Positions 37,026 through 46,739 of a DNA stretch of 64,000 nt are shown one piece after another. The stretch lies in IMG/VR virus record IMGVR_UViG_3300034357_000765, one strand, 5' to 3'. The notes beneath the pieces were generated by a model. The model saw only the letters and a program-made list of their open reading frames with translations, was not told the origin of the DNA and did not search any database. This DNA comes from a virus (Duplodnaviria; Heunggongvirae; Uroviricota; Caudoviricetes). The translations under genes were made by a program, and so were the position numbers. Positions within the stretch are counted from its first letter, which is position 1. Each line of letters opens with the position of its first letter.

Positions 37026-37049
37026 GAACTTAAAAAAATTTTATATATT

Positions 37050-38504
37050 ATGAGTAAATTCAACACAACCGTAACAAAGTCTAAGACTTTAACAGAAAAC
37101 TTGGCAGGTGGTCAAGCATATGCACAATCTAATGAACTAGCATTGGTATCAATGTTATTGACTTCGTTTGTAAACGACCAATTCTATAAAAGTGGTTCAA
37201 CTACTTTAAAGGATCTTAAAGCTTTGTCTGAAAAGATTAAAGATAAAGAGTTTGTGGCTAAAGCTGCAATCTATGCTAGAGATAAGTTTGGTATGAGATC
37301 AATCACTCACGGATTGGCAGGTGAACTTACGTCTCAACTTACAGGTTTTGATTGGGGTAAGAACTTTTATGATAAAGTAGTTGTTCGTCCAGACGACATG
37401 ACTGAAATCTTATCTTATTACTTAGCCAATAAGACTGATAAGTCTAAACCAAAGTTTCCTAACGCTTTGAAGAAAGGTTTTGCTACTGCGTTTGATAAGT
37501 TTGATGGATACCAATTGGCTAAGTATAAAGGTGAAAACAAAGAAGTTAAACTTGTTGATGTCGTGAACATCGTACACCCTATCCCAACAGATAGAAACCG
37601 TGAGGCACTTAACTTGTTAATCAACGATAAGTTGAAAAACACTGACACTTGGGAAGCAAAACTTTCTGCGGCGGGTCAAACTGCTGAGAATGAAGAAGAC
37701 TTATCTAAGTTGAAGTCTGATGCTTGGGGAGAGTTAATCTCTACAAGAAGAATTGGATACTTTGCTCTTTTGAGAAACTTGAGAAACATCATCACTCAAG
37801 CACCAGATGCAGTAACCGCTGCTTGTGAGTTGTTAGTTGATGAAAACTTAATCAAAAGAAGTCGTGTACTTCCTTTCAGATTCGCTACGGCTTATGAGGA
37901 AATCTCTAAGCTAGGTTCTGACAAAGCGGTGAGAGACGTTTTGGTTGCTATCAACCAAGCACTTGAAGTTTCTTTGGTGAACGTTCCTAAGTTTGATGGT
38001 GAGACGCTTGTTGTTATGGACGTTTCTGGATCTATGTCTGGTAAACCATCTGAAATCGCGAGTTTGTTTGGAGCTATTTTGGCGAAAGTCAACAACTGCG
38101 ACGTTATGACATTCTCAAACGATGCTCAGTATAAGTCTTACAATCCATTGGATTCTGTAATGACAATAAGAGGATCTTTCAGATACTCTGGTGGTGGTAC
38201 TAACTTCAAGGCAATCTTCAACAAAGCCAACAAGAAGTATGACAGAGTGATTATCCTTTCAGACATGCAAGGATGGATGGGTTATACCACTCCAGCATAT
38301 GAGTTCGCTTCTTACAAGAAGAAATTCGATGCTAACCCATTTGTTTACTCTTGGGACTTGGCTGGTCTTGGAACACTTCAGTTCCCAGAACAAAATGTCT
38401 TCGCATTGGCAGGATTCTCTGACAAAGTATTCGACATCATGAAGTTGATGGAGATTGACAAAAAGGCTCTCTTCAATGAGATTAAAGCTATTCAACTTAG
38501 CTAA
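37050..38504 (+). CDS. rsr: Ro60/TROVE-domain RNA-binding protein with C-terminal vWA domain
   Basis: NLAGGQAY, YARDKFGMRS, YQLAKY, GYFALLRNLRN, RVLPFRF, MIDAS-like MDVSGSM, GGGTNF, IILSDMQ, LAGFSDKVF. Confidence 0.92.
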   Translation: MSKFNTTVTKSKTLTENLAGGQAYAQSNELALVSMLLTSFVNDQFYKSGSTTLKDLKALSEKIKDKEFVAKAAIYARDKFGMRSITHGLAGELTSQLTGFDWGKNFYDKVVVRPDDMTEILSYYLANKTDKSKPKFPNALKKGFATAFDKFDGYQLAKYKGENKEVKLVDVVNIVHPIPTDRNREALNLLINDKLKNTDTWEAKLSAAGQTAENEEDLSKLKSDAWGELISTRRIGYFALLRNLRNIITQAPDAVTAACELLVDENLIKRSRVLPFRFATAYEEISKLGSDKAVRDVLVAINQALEVSLVNVPKFDGETLVVMDVSGSMSGKPSEIASLFGAILAKVNNCDVMTFSNDAQYKSYNPLDSVMTIRGSFRYSGGGTNFKAIFNKANKKYDRVIILSDMQGWMGYTTPAYEFASYKKKFDANPFVYSWDLAGLGTLQFPEQNVFALAGFSDKVFDIMKLMEIDKKALFNEIKAIQLS

Positions 38505-38506
38505 AT

Positions 38507-38540
38507 AAAAAAACCTACTCAAATCGAGTGGGTTTTTTTT
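38507..38540 (+). terminator. Intrinsic terminator after Ro60
   Basis: AAAAAACCTACTC-AAATC-GAGTGGGTTTTTTTT. Confidence 0.8.
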
Positions 38541-38568
38541 ATATATAGAGAAAGTAAAATTTTAAACT

Positions 38569-39219
38569 ATGGCATTTCACTATTCGCCGAGAATCATAAA
38601 TGATAGAAGTCTAATACTATATTTGGATGCTGGCAATCCTAAAAGTTATACTGGTTCCTCTATCATATGGACTGATATAAGTAAGAGCGAGTATAATTCT
38701 ACACTGAACAGCGTAACATACAACTCTGTAGATAGTGGAAGTATGGTTTTTAACGGATCTACTAGTAATGTCACCTGTGGTAATATACCAATTGGTAGTT
38801 CGGGAACTGTGAATGTTTGGTTCAAACAGGATGCAGCAGTGGCGAACAAGGGATTGGTGGGTATTGGTACGAACACATGGCTATATATAGGTGGTTCGGG
38901 TGCAAATACCATGTTGGGTGTATACAACGGAACGACTTACTCTAGCGGAATATTGTTAAATGGATCTACATCTTGGAACTTTGCTTCTTTTGTTTGGAGT
39001 GGAACTACACTAACTATATACCTCAATGGTGGATCTCCGATATCTTCAACTATTTCTTTTACCAATTCGGGTAATGTTGTTATAGGAGTCTATCCTTCCA
39101 ATGTAGTCGGTTCATATTTTAACGGAAAAATATCCAATGTTCAGATATACAACAGAAACCTTTCTGCTGACGAGATATTACAGAACTACAACGCTCTAAA
39201 AACTAGATTTGGACTATAG
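38569..39219 (+). CDS. LamG/concanavalin-A-like domain virion protein
   Basis: LILYLDAGNPKSY, TVNVWFK, FNGKISNVQIYNRNLSADEILQNYNA. Confidence 0.85.
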   Translation: MAFHYSPRIINDRSLILYLDAGNPKSYTGSSIIWTDISKSEYNSTLNSVTYNSVDSGSMVFNGSTSNVTCGNIPIGSSGTVNVWFKQDAAVANKGLVGIGTNTWLYIGGSGANTMLGVYNGTTYSSGILLNGSTSWNFASFVWSGTTLTIYLNGGSPISSTISFTNSGNVVIGVYPSNVVGSYFNGKISNVQIYNRNLSADEILQNYNALKTRFGL

Positions 39220-39987
39220 TTTCCAGATCTCTTGAAGGTTTATCTTCGAACTCATTTCTATTATCTTGTTGTTTCTCTTTAGAGAATACTTTTGAAGAGG
39301 AATAAACATCTTTACCACACTATCTGTCTTATCGACTTCTTCTTCATCCATATCGAAGTTGAATATTTGTATAAGATTTTCTATTTCGTCGAAGGTGACA
39401 AATTCTTTATCTCCTAAAAAGTAAGTAAAGTTATAGCTATAGTCGTTGTATTGACTTGAGTCTTCTTCATATGATTTGTCTATAAGAAAACTAGTTAAAG
39501 AATTTTCTATACCTATCGATGGTAGTGTAAACTTGTATCCGTTTATGTCAAAACATCTGTCTTCGGAATTCCAATCCTTCATTATTTCTTCATCAAGATA
39601 GCAATAGTTGAATGTTTTTTCATCAAAGTCTACTTTGTCTATCAACCCAATTTCATCATTGAAGTATTCCAATTGTACTGGCTTGTTTTTGGTAAGTCTT
39701 ACTATCTCCAGGAATATGAATATTACGTCTATACTCTTTATATGGTTGAATGAGTATCCTTCTGTTAAAACTATGTTGTTTTCTACGATTCTCTTCAACT
39801 TTCCTAAAACTATACTAAGATCTTCTCTGTCATACCCGGTTTCATATTCTAATACTTCTTTCTTATCAACTTTCTTAATAGTTATCTTAAAATTATCTTT
39901 GTAAAACAATCCTTGTGAAGGAAGGTTTTTAATATCTATTGTCTTCTTCTTGGTGAAGAACCTCTTTATAAAATCTATTAGTATCAT
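39214..39987 (-). CDS. Possible baseplate hub protein (T4 gp26-like)
   Basis: IDIKNLPSQGLFY N-terminal motif and FTLPSI, as seen in gp26-like proteins. Confidence 0.5.
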   Translation of the reverse strand: MILIDFIKRFFTKKKTIDIKNLPSQGLFYKDNFKITIKKVDKKEVLEYETGYDREDLSIVLGKLKRIVENNIVLTEGYSFNHIKSIDVIFIFLEIVRLTKNKPVQLEYFNDEIGLIDKVDFDEKTFNYCYLDEEIMKDWNSEDRCFDINGYKFTLPSIGIENSLTSFLIDKSYEEDSSQYNDYSYNFTYFLGDKEFVTFDEIENLIQIFNFDMDEEEVDKTDSVVKMFIPLQKYSLKRNNKIIEMSSKINLQEIWKL

Positions 39988-40049
39988 ATTAAATTCTATT
40001 TTTTTTATATATTATTTTTAGGCGCACATGTTCGGTGAATATATAGTTT

Positions 40050-40778
40050 ATGACTATAAACGATGACTGCTTCAACTACCTAAAGGAAATACCAAACGGA
40101 TCGGTTGATTTGATATTAGTTGATCCACCCTACCTAATATCGAAAAAGTCAGGTTTTACAAGATATTCAGACGATGCGAACTCAGATATGATAACAAAAT
40201 ATGGAAAAGTTTCTATAGACTTTGGTGAATGGGACAAAGACGAAATCGATTGGGATCTTCTTCTAAAAGAATATCATCGAGTTCTTAGAGATGGTGGTAC
40301 TCTAATATTTTTCTTTGATATCTGGAAATCCACAATGATAAAGGAGATTGCAGAAAAATACAAGTTCAAGCAACCAAGGATAGGACAATGGCAAAAAACG
40401 AATCCAGTTCCTATAAATTCGAAGATAAACTATTTGTCTAACGCGATTGAGTATTTCTTTACTTTTACAAAAGGAAAAAAACCAACTTTCAACTCTGTTT
40501 ACGACAACGGGGTATATAGATATCCTTTATGTCATGGAAAGGAAAGATTAGACCATCCAACACAAAAACCATTAGGGTTGATATCAGAGCTTCTACTTAA
40601 ACATTCTAAACCTGGTGATACGGTACTTGATACTTTTGCAGGAACTGGAACTACAGGACATGCTTGTATTCTGAATGATAGAAAATACATTCTTATAGAA
40701 AGAGACGAAAACTATTTTGAGATACTGAAAAAAAGAATAGATGGACTATCAACAAAACAAGAATTGGATAATATATAA
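40050..40778 (+). CDS. Orphan beta-class N6-adenine/N4-cytosine DNA methyltransferase
   Basis: VDPPY precedes HPTQKP and DTFAGTGTT; no adjacent restriction gene. Confidence 0.9.
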   Translation: MTINDDCFNYLKEIPNGSVDLILVDPPYLISKKSGFTRYSDDANSDMITKYGKVSIDFGEWDKDEIDWDLLLKEYHRVLRDGGTLIFFFDIWKSTMIKEIAEKYKFKQPRIGQWQKTNPVPINSKINYLSNAIEYFFTFTKGKKPTFNSVYDNGVYRYPLCHGKERLDHPTQKPLGLISELLLKHSKPGDTVLDTFAGTGTTGHACILNDRKYILIERDENYFEILKKRIDGLSTKQELDNI

Positions 40779-40804
40779 ACAAAGATAAAAATAAAAACAA
40801 AAAT

Positions 40805-41206
40805 ATGTCTATTAAAGTAAAAAACTCTCAATTAAACGACGATACAATCACAGCATTAAATATGTTGATTGATTTGGACATCAATGCACAATCTGCCTTT
40901 AGGCTTATGAGAATAATAAAAGAACTTTCTTCTATATTAGATGACAAAATCAAAATGGAAAAAAGAATTCTCGACAAATGGACCGCAAAAGACGAGGCTG
41001 GAAATCCAACTGACGCAAAAGATGAAGCTGGAAATATAATCGAAGGTGCTGTAAACATATCAGATTCGACTGCATTTTCTAAGGAAATGGAAACACTATT
41101 AGATATAGAAAATGAGATTCCATATGAAAAGATAAAATTTGAAGAGTTGAATCTTCAGACTGCAAAGGTTAAAGACCTTATAAAGCTAGAGTTTCTTTTT
41201 GACTAA
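40805..41206 (+). CDS. Hypothetical protein (helical; possibly a tail assembly chaperone)
   Basis: 133-aa ORF. Confidence 0.65.
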   Translation: MSIKVKNSQLNDDTITALNMLIDLDINAQSAFRLMRIIKELSSILDDKIKMEKRILDKWTAKDEAGNPTDAKDEAGNIIEGAVNISDSTAFSKEMETLLDIENEIPYEKIKFEELNLQTAKVKDLIKLEFLFD

Positions 41207-41288
41207 TGCCACTACCACACTACACACACTTTATTTTTAATGCCACACATATTAAAAGAAAGCGAAAGATAAGTAATATTTTTAAATT

Positions 41289-41315
41289 AAAAGCCTGATA
41301 AAACTATCAGGCTTT
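41289..41315. terminator. Intrinsic terminator
   Basis: AAAAGCCTGATA-AAC-TATCAGGCTTTT. Confidence 0.8.
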
Positions 41316-41350
41316 TGCTTTTTAATATATAAAGAAAAATATTTAATCTA

Positions 41351-43126
41351 ATGCCGGCAACGTATAGTATAAATGTTGGAACTCAGCTTGAGGCTTATAG
41401 AAAAACTGATATTATATCTGTTTTAAAAGATATTCCTGATAATACACATAAGCTGATATCTCCAAAAGACATCAGAGACGCTTTTTTGTCTACATGGGCA
41501 AATTCACCATTTAAACAGACAAAGAATTTATCTGGTACAGAATACATTGGAATCGATTCTGGAAATCCTGCGGACCGAGACATAAAGCAAAAGATATTCT
41601 TAGGTAAGAGAAGTTTTGCAAATCTTGATATAATGACAGATACTTTATTATCTAATAATAGAGCAGATATTTACATATACAATACAAAACCTGATAGTTA
41701 TTTAACACAAAGTTCTACCAAAGTTGCCATATTAGCAGGAACAAATTCTACGTTATACCAAACAGCTCCTTATATAGAATCTAAAATAGTCAACAACGTC
41801 AATCATTTTGAATTTAGAAATCCTTCGTTGAGTAATGGTCCAATAAGCATATATAGTTCTACCGGTCGCGTTGCCATAAACGGAATACTATTTCCTACCG
41901 TTGCAGAAACTGCAGCAAAGCTACCAACCGATATTATACTTAAATACTCTGGATCTTACCCAAATGGATATTTGAAATGGGGTCCTATATCGTTTGATGA
42001 GACAAATGTCGGTGCTGCCGGTGTTCCTACGAATATATACGGATCTCCGGTAAAATTAAATGGTCATTCTCTGGAGTTTGTGGAAAATTCTATAGTTCCT
42101 AATACGGTAGGTGGTGTTCCTGCAGGATTTTCATTCTCTTCTAATTCATATTATAGTGCAATAACTGCAACACAACAAAATTGGCCTATTTCAGAAGTTC
42201 TTAGAAAAGTTCTTTATCCTTATGTTGCACCAACATTATCACTTAGTCTGACAGATAACATTACCGGATCTACATACGCCGAGGCAGGAACTACAATAAC
42301 CGCCAAATTATCTTATCTACTAACAATATATCCAAGGACTGTAGATGAATACGTCAGTAACTATTATATACTCAATCAAGTTAACACTATTGCAGCTATC
42401 GGTATTACTGCAGGAACATCATATAGCGGACTTTCTTTTTCTGGAGATCCTGGAAAGACATTCTCTGCCGATATACCTTTCACTATAACCGGACCATCAT
42501 CAGGTGGTTTCCACAAATACACTATGGCTTATTCAAATGTTCCTGGAACAACCGTACCTGGATATCCTTTATCAAGTTCTTATAATTCTGGATGGAGTTA
42601 TAGTACGACTGCTGAAATAAGATTTATCAGACCTATATTCTATGGTTTTAGTGGAACTTCATCTGTAGTTTCTTTAAATCCTACCACTACTAATGTATTA
42701 AATACATTCAAAACGAAATTGACTACTCTACAGAATACTAAGTTGACTAAGCTTATAAAGCCATATCCTGGTATAAATTCATCTCTTCAGCTTAGTGTTT
42801 CTGGAACTGGTAGAATATACTTTTCTTATCCACGTGCAAACGGAATCGGTGACGTTTTAAATGAATCCAGCCTTTTGACAATCAAAGATCCTAATGGATT
42901 TGTTCTTTATCAGAAAGGAAATCCGACCGCGTCTGCTTTTTACCCGGCATCATTTGATATGAATTCACAATCTGGATGGACTGATCATGTTCTTTGGGTA
43001 TCCAAATTTCCGTGTAGCTATCCCGCTACTGGATTCTTTGAATTGACTTTTGGAACTTCAAGTACTTTTAATTGGCCGGTGATTGCTTTAAATGGAAATA
43101 AGGGCCTTATGGGACCACTAATTTAA
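41351..43126 (+). CDS. Tail/baseplate-associated structural protein
   Basis: S/T/G-rich beta-type protein; paralogous to the next gene. Confidence 0.7.
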   Translation: MPATYSINVGTQLEAYRKTDIISVLKDIPDNTHKLISPKDIRDAFLSTWANSPFKQTKNLSGTEYIGIDSGNPADRDIKQKIFLGKRSFANLDIMTDTLLSNNRADIYIYNTKPDSYLTQSSTKVAILAGTNSTLYQTAPYIESKIVNNVNHFEFRNPSLSNGPISIYSSTGRVAINGILFPTVAETAAKLPTDIILKYSGSYPNGYLKWGPISFDETNVGAAGVPTNIYGSPVKLNGHSLEFVENSIVPNTVGGVPAGFSFSSNSYYSAITATQQNWPISEVLRKVLYPYVAPTLSLSLTDNITGSTYAEAGTTITAKLSYLLTIYPRTVDEYVSNYYILNQVNTIAAIGITAGTSYSGLSFSGDPGKTFSADIPFTITGPSSGGFHKYTMAYSNVPGTTVPGYPLSSSYNSGWSYSTTAEIRFIRPIFYGFSGTSSVVSLNPTTTNVLNTFKTKLTTLQNTKLTKLIKPYPGINSSLQLSVSGTGRIYFSYPRANGIGDVLNESSLLTIKDPNGFVLYQKGNPTASAFYPASFDMNSQSGWTDHVLWVSKFPCSYPATGFFELTFGTSSTFNWPVIALNGNKGLMGPLI

Positions 43127-43135
43127 TAAGAAAAA

Positions 43136-44698
43136 ATGGCGATATACGACAAATATGACGGACTTCCTTGGCATGCTACAAGTAGTACACTTATAATAGG
43201 TACTACAAATAGTACATCTTTTGAATTTACCAACAACACAGTTTTGGAAAATCTAAAGGATAATGAAGAATATTATATTCTACCTAGATATTTAAGAGAT
43301 ATGATAATATCTGTTTGGGACACTACCGTATTCAAACCAACATATGCATCAGGATCTACTACAGAGTATATAGGTATAGATTCTGGACTTGCAGATGATC
43401 TTTTGCAAAAACCAAATAGAGATTTAGAGGTAAACAAAATATTGATAGGTAAAAGATCATATTCAGGAACTTATTCTTATGCACAATCTCATGATATAAT
43501 GTCTGATAGTTTGATATCTAATGATATTGATTTATTTTTTAATAATACGAGAGCTGATATAGAAAATCAAAGAAGCACAAGAGTTGTATTGTTGGCCGGC
43601 ACAAACCCTACACTATTTAATACTGCACCATATTTACAATCTCAGGTAGTTTCTTTGATAGGTGGTTCACAATCTCTTTCGTTTGATATTGTCAATAATG
43701 GTGGAAACATATACTTTCAATCACAGGGAGTCGATTTTTTTGGTAATGACGTGAATATAGGCGGAACAGTATCTATCAACAATGTAGTATTCCCTACTAT
43801 TGCATCATCTTCTAACGCATTAAGCGGAATGGCTCTTATTGATAGAGGTGATTTATTAAATTGGGAAAAGATAAAGTTTCCTCCGAGAGACTTTATAGGT
43901 ATAACCGGAAGTCTTATCAACATTCATGGAACTCCTGTAAACCTAAATGGACATTCTTTGGAATTTACAGATAGTCGTCCGATTCCAGCAACGATAGGGG
44001 ATATTACGCTTGGATCAACTTTTAATGGTATGTCTATGACAGACGTTCTTAGAAAAATAGTATATCCATACTTAGCTCCTTCTTGTACACTTAGTCTAAA
44101 TAATTCGACAGGTTATGTTGAAGTTGGAACATATCCAGACATAAGATTAGACTACTCAATAACAAAAAGAACTAATCCGACACTTCCTACAAAGTTTACA
44201 AATATGATACCCGGTACTTATCCACCTATAACCACTAATGGACAATCTACGGTAAGTGGTGTTGTAAGAGGTGTTGTTATAAGTCCTATTACTGCAACAT
44301 CTTCAACCTTTACTATAAAAGTAAACGATGGTACTTCTAATAGTAGTGTTAGTACTACGGTTACCGGAATATATCCTTATTTCTATGGATTTACATCATC
44401 AAATACACTTACCGTTGCTGCATTACAATCTATGACAAAAGTTGTGGAACCAAAAGGTGATAAAACATTTGATTTAGTTGGTGGTGAAAACTTCTTTTTT
44501 GCATATGATGCAGACTATGGTTTACTATCATCTATAGTTGATAACGATGGTATAAATATTTTTGCAACCTTTTCTACATCTACTAAGATACTATCTTCAC
44601 CAACTGGTCTATGGACATCAAAAGAATATAGAATATACAAATGGAGCAATGTTTCACAAATTGGACCTCCATCAGAAAACTTCGATTTTAAATATTAA
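43136..44698 (+). CDS. Tail/baseplate-associated structural protein (paralog of 41351)
   Basis: Shares GKRS..DIM..L.SN, LAGTN..L..TAPY, GSPV.LNGHSLEF and LRK..YPY.AP blocks with the previous ORF. Confidence 0.7.
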   Translation: MAIYDKYDGLPWHATSSTLIIGTTNSTSFEFTNNTVLENLKDNEEYYILPRYLRDMIISVWDTTVFKPTYASGSTTEYIGIDSGLADDLLQKPNRDLEVNKILIGKRSYSGTYSYAQSHDIMSDSLISNDIDLFFNNTRADIENQRSTRVVLLAGTNPTLFNTAPYLQSQVVSLIGGSQSLSFDIVNNGGNIYFQSQGVDFFGNDVNIGGTVSINNVVFPTIASSSNALSGMALIDRGDLLNWEKIKFPPRDFIGITGSLINIHGTPVNLNGHSLEFTDSRPIPATIGDITLGSTFNGMSMTDVLRKIVYPYLAPSCTLSLNNSTGYVEVGTYPDIRLDYSITKRTNPTLPTKFTNMIPGTYPPITTNGQSTVSGVVRGVVISPITATSSTFTIKVNDGTSNSSVSTTVTGIYPYFYGFTSSNTLTVAALQSMTKVVEPKGDKTFDLVGGENFFFAYDADYGLLSSIVDNDGINIFATFSTSTKILSSPTGLWTSKEYRIYKWSNVSQIGPPSENFDFKY

Positions 44699-44716
44699 AA
44701 AAATTATATATAGTAT

Positions 44717-46708
44717 ATGCAAATAATAGATGGATTCACAGTAAATACTGCACAACCAATAGATGATAGATTAGTCACTTCAGGTACTGCCTCTAGAAAT
44801 GCCATTGTTTATAAATACAATGGTCTTAGAGTATATGATATAGTGGCAAACCAACCATATGTTTGGAATGGTACTATATGGACAAGTGAAAATAGTAGTA
44901 CGGTTACAATAACAGGAACAACTACAACAGGTTATATACCTACTTTTGATACTAGTACTTCTCAAATAACAAATAGTTTAATATCACAGTTTACTGTTGG
45001 TCCTACTGAGAAATATGTAAATATCGCCACCGGAAACTACACACTACATGCTTTAAAAGTTGCTGGTATTGTTCAAGCCACCGGCTTTAGAGGATTAGGA
45101 ACAGATATTACAAACATTTTAGGATCGAACATAACTGGTCCTATCGCAGTAAGTAAACTATCTCCAAAAGATAGTCCAACTACTGGCGAAATATACATAT
45201 TGAAATCAGGAACTTCCACTCCAGAGTGGATGGCACTAAGTTCTATTCCTGCAAATCAAATTCCTTCTGCAGCACCTCAACCAGATACTTTTTCAAATTC
45301 TACAAATGTTTTGTATGTACCGTTTGTTTCAACAACTGGTGGTGTAACTAAATACTATCAAACAACTGGTGGAGATTCTTTTAAATTCATACCAAGAGTA
45401 GGTACGACTGAGGGTGCACAGCTTCAAGTTCCTAATGGAAGTGAGGCAAATCCATCTGTTGCATTTTCTACTAATAATAGCACAGGAATCTATAGAGCTG
45501 GATGGAATATGCTTGGTATATCGGCAGCTGGTAAAGAAAAGATGAGATTTACAGAAAATGGAGTACTTATAAAGTCTACTTCTAACACCGAATCAACATT
45601 GAAAGTTCTTAATAGTGGAGGAAGACCATTCACCGCACTATATGGACTAAACGGTGATTCTATAATGAGTGGATCTATTGGATTTTCAGGTTTATTTAAT
45701 GGTGGTCCATTAAGAGATCTTATTATAGAAAATCTTGCAGGTACTGCCACGGTTACATATCCTCAGACAACTGCACATTTTGATGCTAATATTTCTGCAC
45801 CTACTGATGGAAGAAGACATATGATAAATTTGGACACACATGGTCGTACTATAATCGCGACAAACGTTGGTTCTGTTGTTAACACATTCACTGGTGGTGT
45901 TGCAGGAAGTTCTGGATCTCCATTTCTAAATGGTGCTTACGGATGTGACATATACAACTCAAATCCTTCAATGGGACATGGTTTGATTGTTAGATCAGGT
46001 GGTGGGCCCAATACGGTTTCTGCAAGATTTGATAATGGTTCTAAAACTATTGCTTACTTTACCGATAGAGGACTTCAAATATTATCAGGTAGTGAAAACG
46101 CACCATCTATATGTTTTGATAGTGATAAGGCACAAGGTAAAAATACAGGATTCTTTTTAGAGTCTATAGGAAAGATTGGAATTGTTGCCAATAACAAAAA
46201 AGTACTTACTATATCAGATACAGAAATAAGACTTCCTAAAGTCTCTAACCTAGCTTATATATTTGGTGATAGTACTAGAATAGAAGGAACTACAAGAACA
46301 AACAGCCTTGAGATCTATAGACCTACTACGATTGGTGGTTATGCCATCTGTCACTTCTATAGTGATATTGGTGGTACAAAGGCCGCCAAAGCTTATATCT
46401 GGCCCGATGGAACTTACTACAGACTTTCTGATAGAAATCAAAAAGAAAACATTATTCCACTTGAATATGGTCTTAATGAAGTATTGAGACTTAACCCTGT
46501 TACCCATACTTGGCTTTATAGTGACTCTACAACACCTTCTATAGGTTTGATTGCACAAGAAGTTGAGGAAGTTCTTAAAGAGCTTGTAAACACTTCTATG
46601 GATGGTGATAGAGAGATAAAGGCATTAGACTACAATGGAATAATACCTGTCTTAATAAAGTCTATACAAGAGCTAAACAAAAAGATAGAAATCTTAGAAG
46701 CAAAATAA
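44717..46708 (+). CDS. Tail fibre with C-terminal intramolecular chaperone (peptidase S74)
   Basis: SDRNQKENI...LNPVTHTW...IGLIAQEVEEV...LDYNGIIPVLIKSIQEL coiled-coil end; N-terminal QPIDDRLV. Confidence 0.85.
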   Translation: MQIIDGFTVNTAQPIDDRLVTSGTASRNAIVYKYNGLRVYDIVANQPYVWNGTIWTSENSSTVTITGTTTTGYIPTFDTSTSQITNSLISQFTVGPTEKYVNIATGNYTLHALKVAGIVQATGFRGLGTDITNILGSNITGPIAVSKLSPKDSPTTGEIYILKSGTSTPEWMALSSIPANQIPSAAPQPDTFSNSTNVLYVPFVSTTGGVTKYYQTTGGDSFKFIPRVGTTEGAQLQVPNGSEANPSVAFSTNNSTGIYRAGWNMLGISAAGKEKMRFTENGVLIKSTSNTESTLKVLNSGGRPFTALYGLNGDSIMSGSIGFSGLFNGGPLRDLIIENLAGTATVTYPQTTAHFDANISAPTDGRRHMINLDTHGRTIIATNVGSVVNTFTGGVAGSSGSPFLNGAYGCDIYNSNPSMGHGLIVRSGGGPNTVSARFDNGSKTIAYFTDRGLQILSGSENAPSICFDSDKAQGKNTGFFLESIGKIGIVANNKKVLTISDTEIRLPKVSNLAYIFGDSTRIEGTTRTNSLEIYRPTTIGGYAICHFYSDIGGTKAAKAYIWPDGTYYRLSDRNQKENIIPLEYGLNEVLRLNPVTHTWLYSDSTTPSIGLIAQEVEEVLKELVNTSMDGDREIKALDYNGIIPVLIKSIQELNKKIEILEAK

Positions 46709-46739
46709 AAAAAACCCGTTCTTTTGAACGGGTTTTTTT
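46707..46739. terminator. Bidirectional intrinsic terminator
   Basis: A-run + CCCGTTC-TTTT-GAACGGG + T-run. Confidence 0.85.

Noticed and set aside
41204-41275. CA-rich stretch with repeated TAATGCCAC and a minus-strand TATCTTTC element
   Set aside because: Only a 12-codon reverse ORF (MCGIKNKVCVVW) and no stable structure; not enough to call a feature.
41351-46708. Diversity-generating retroelement acting on tail fibres
   Set aside because: No reverse transcriptase and no TR/VR pair differing only at adenines was seen in the window.
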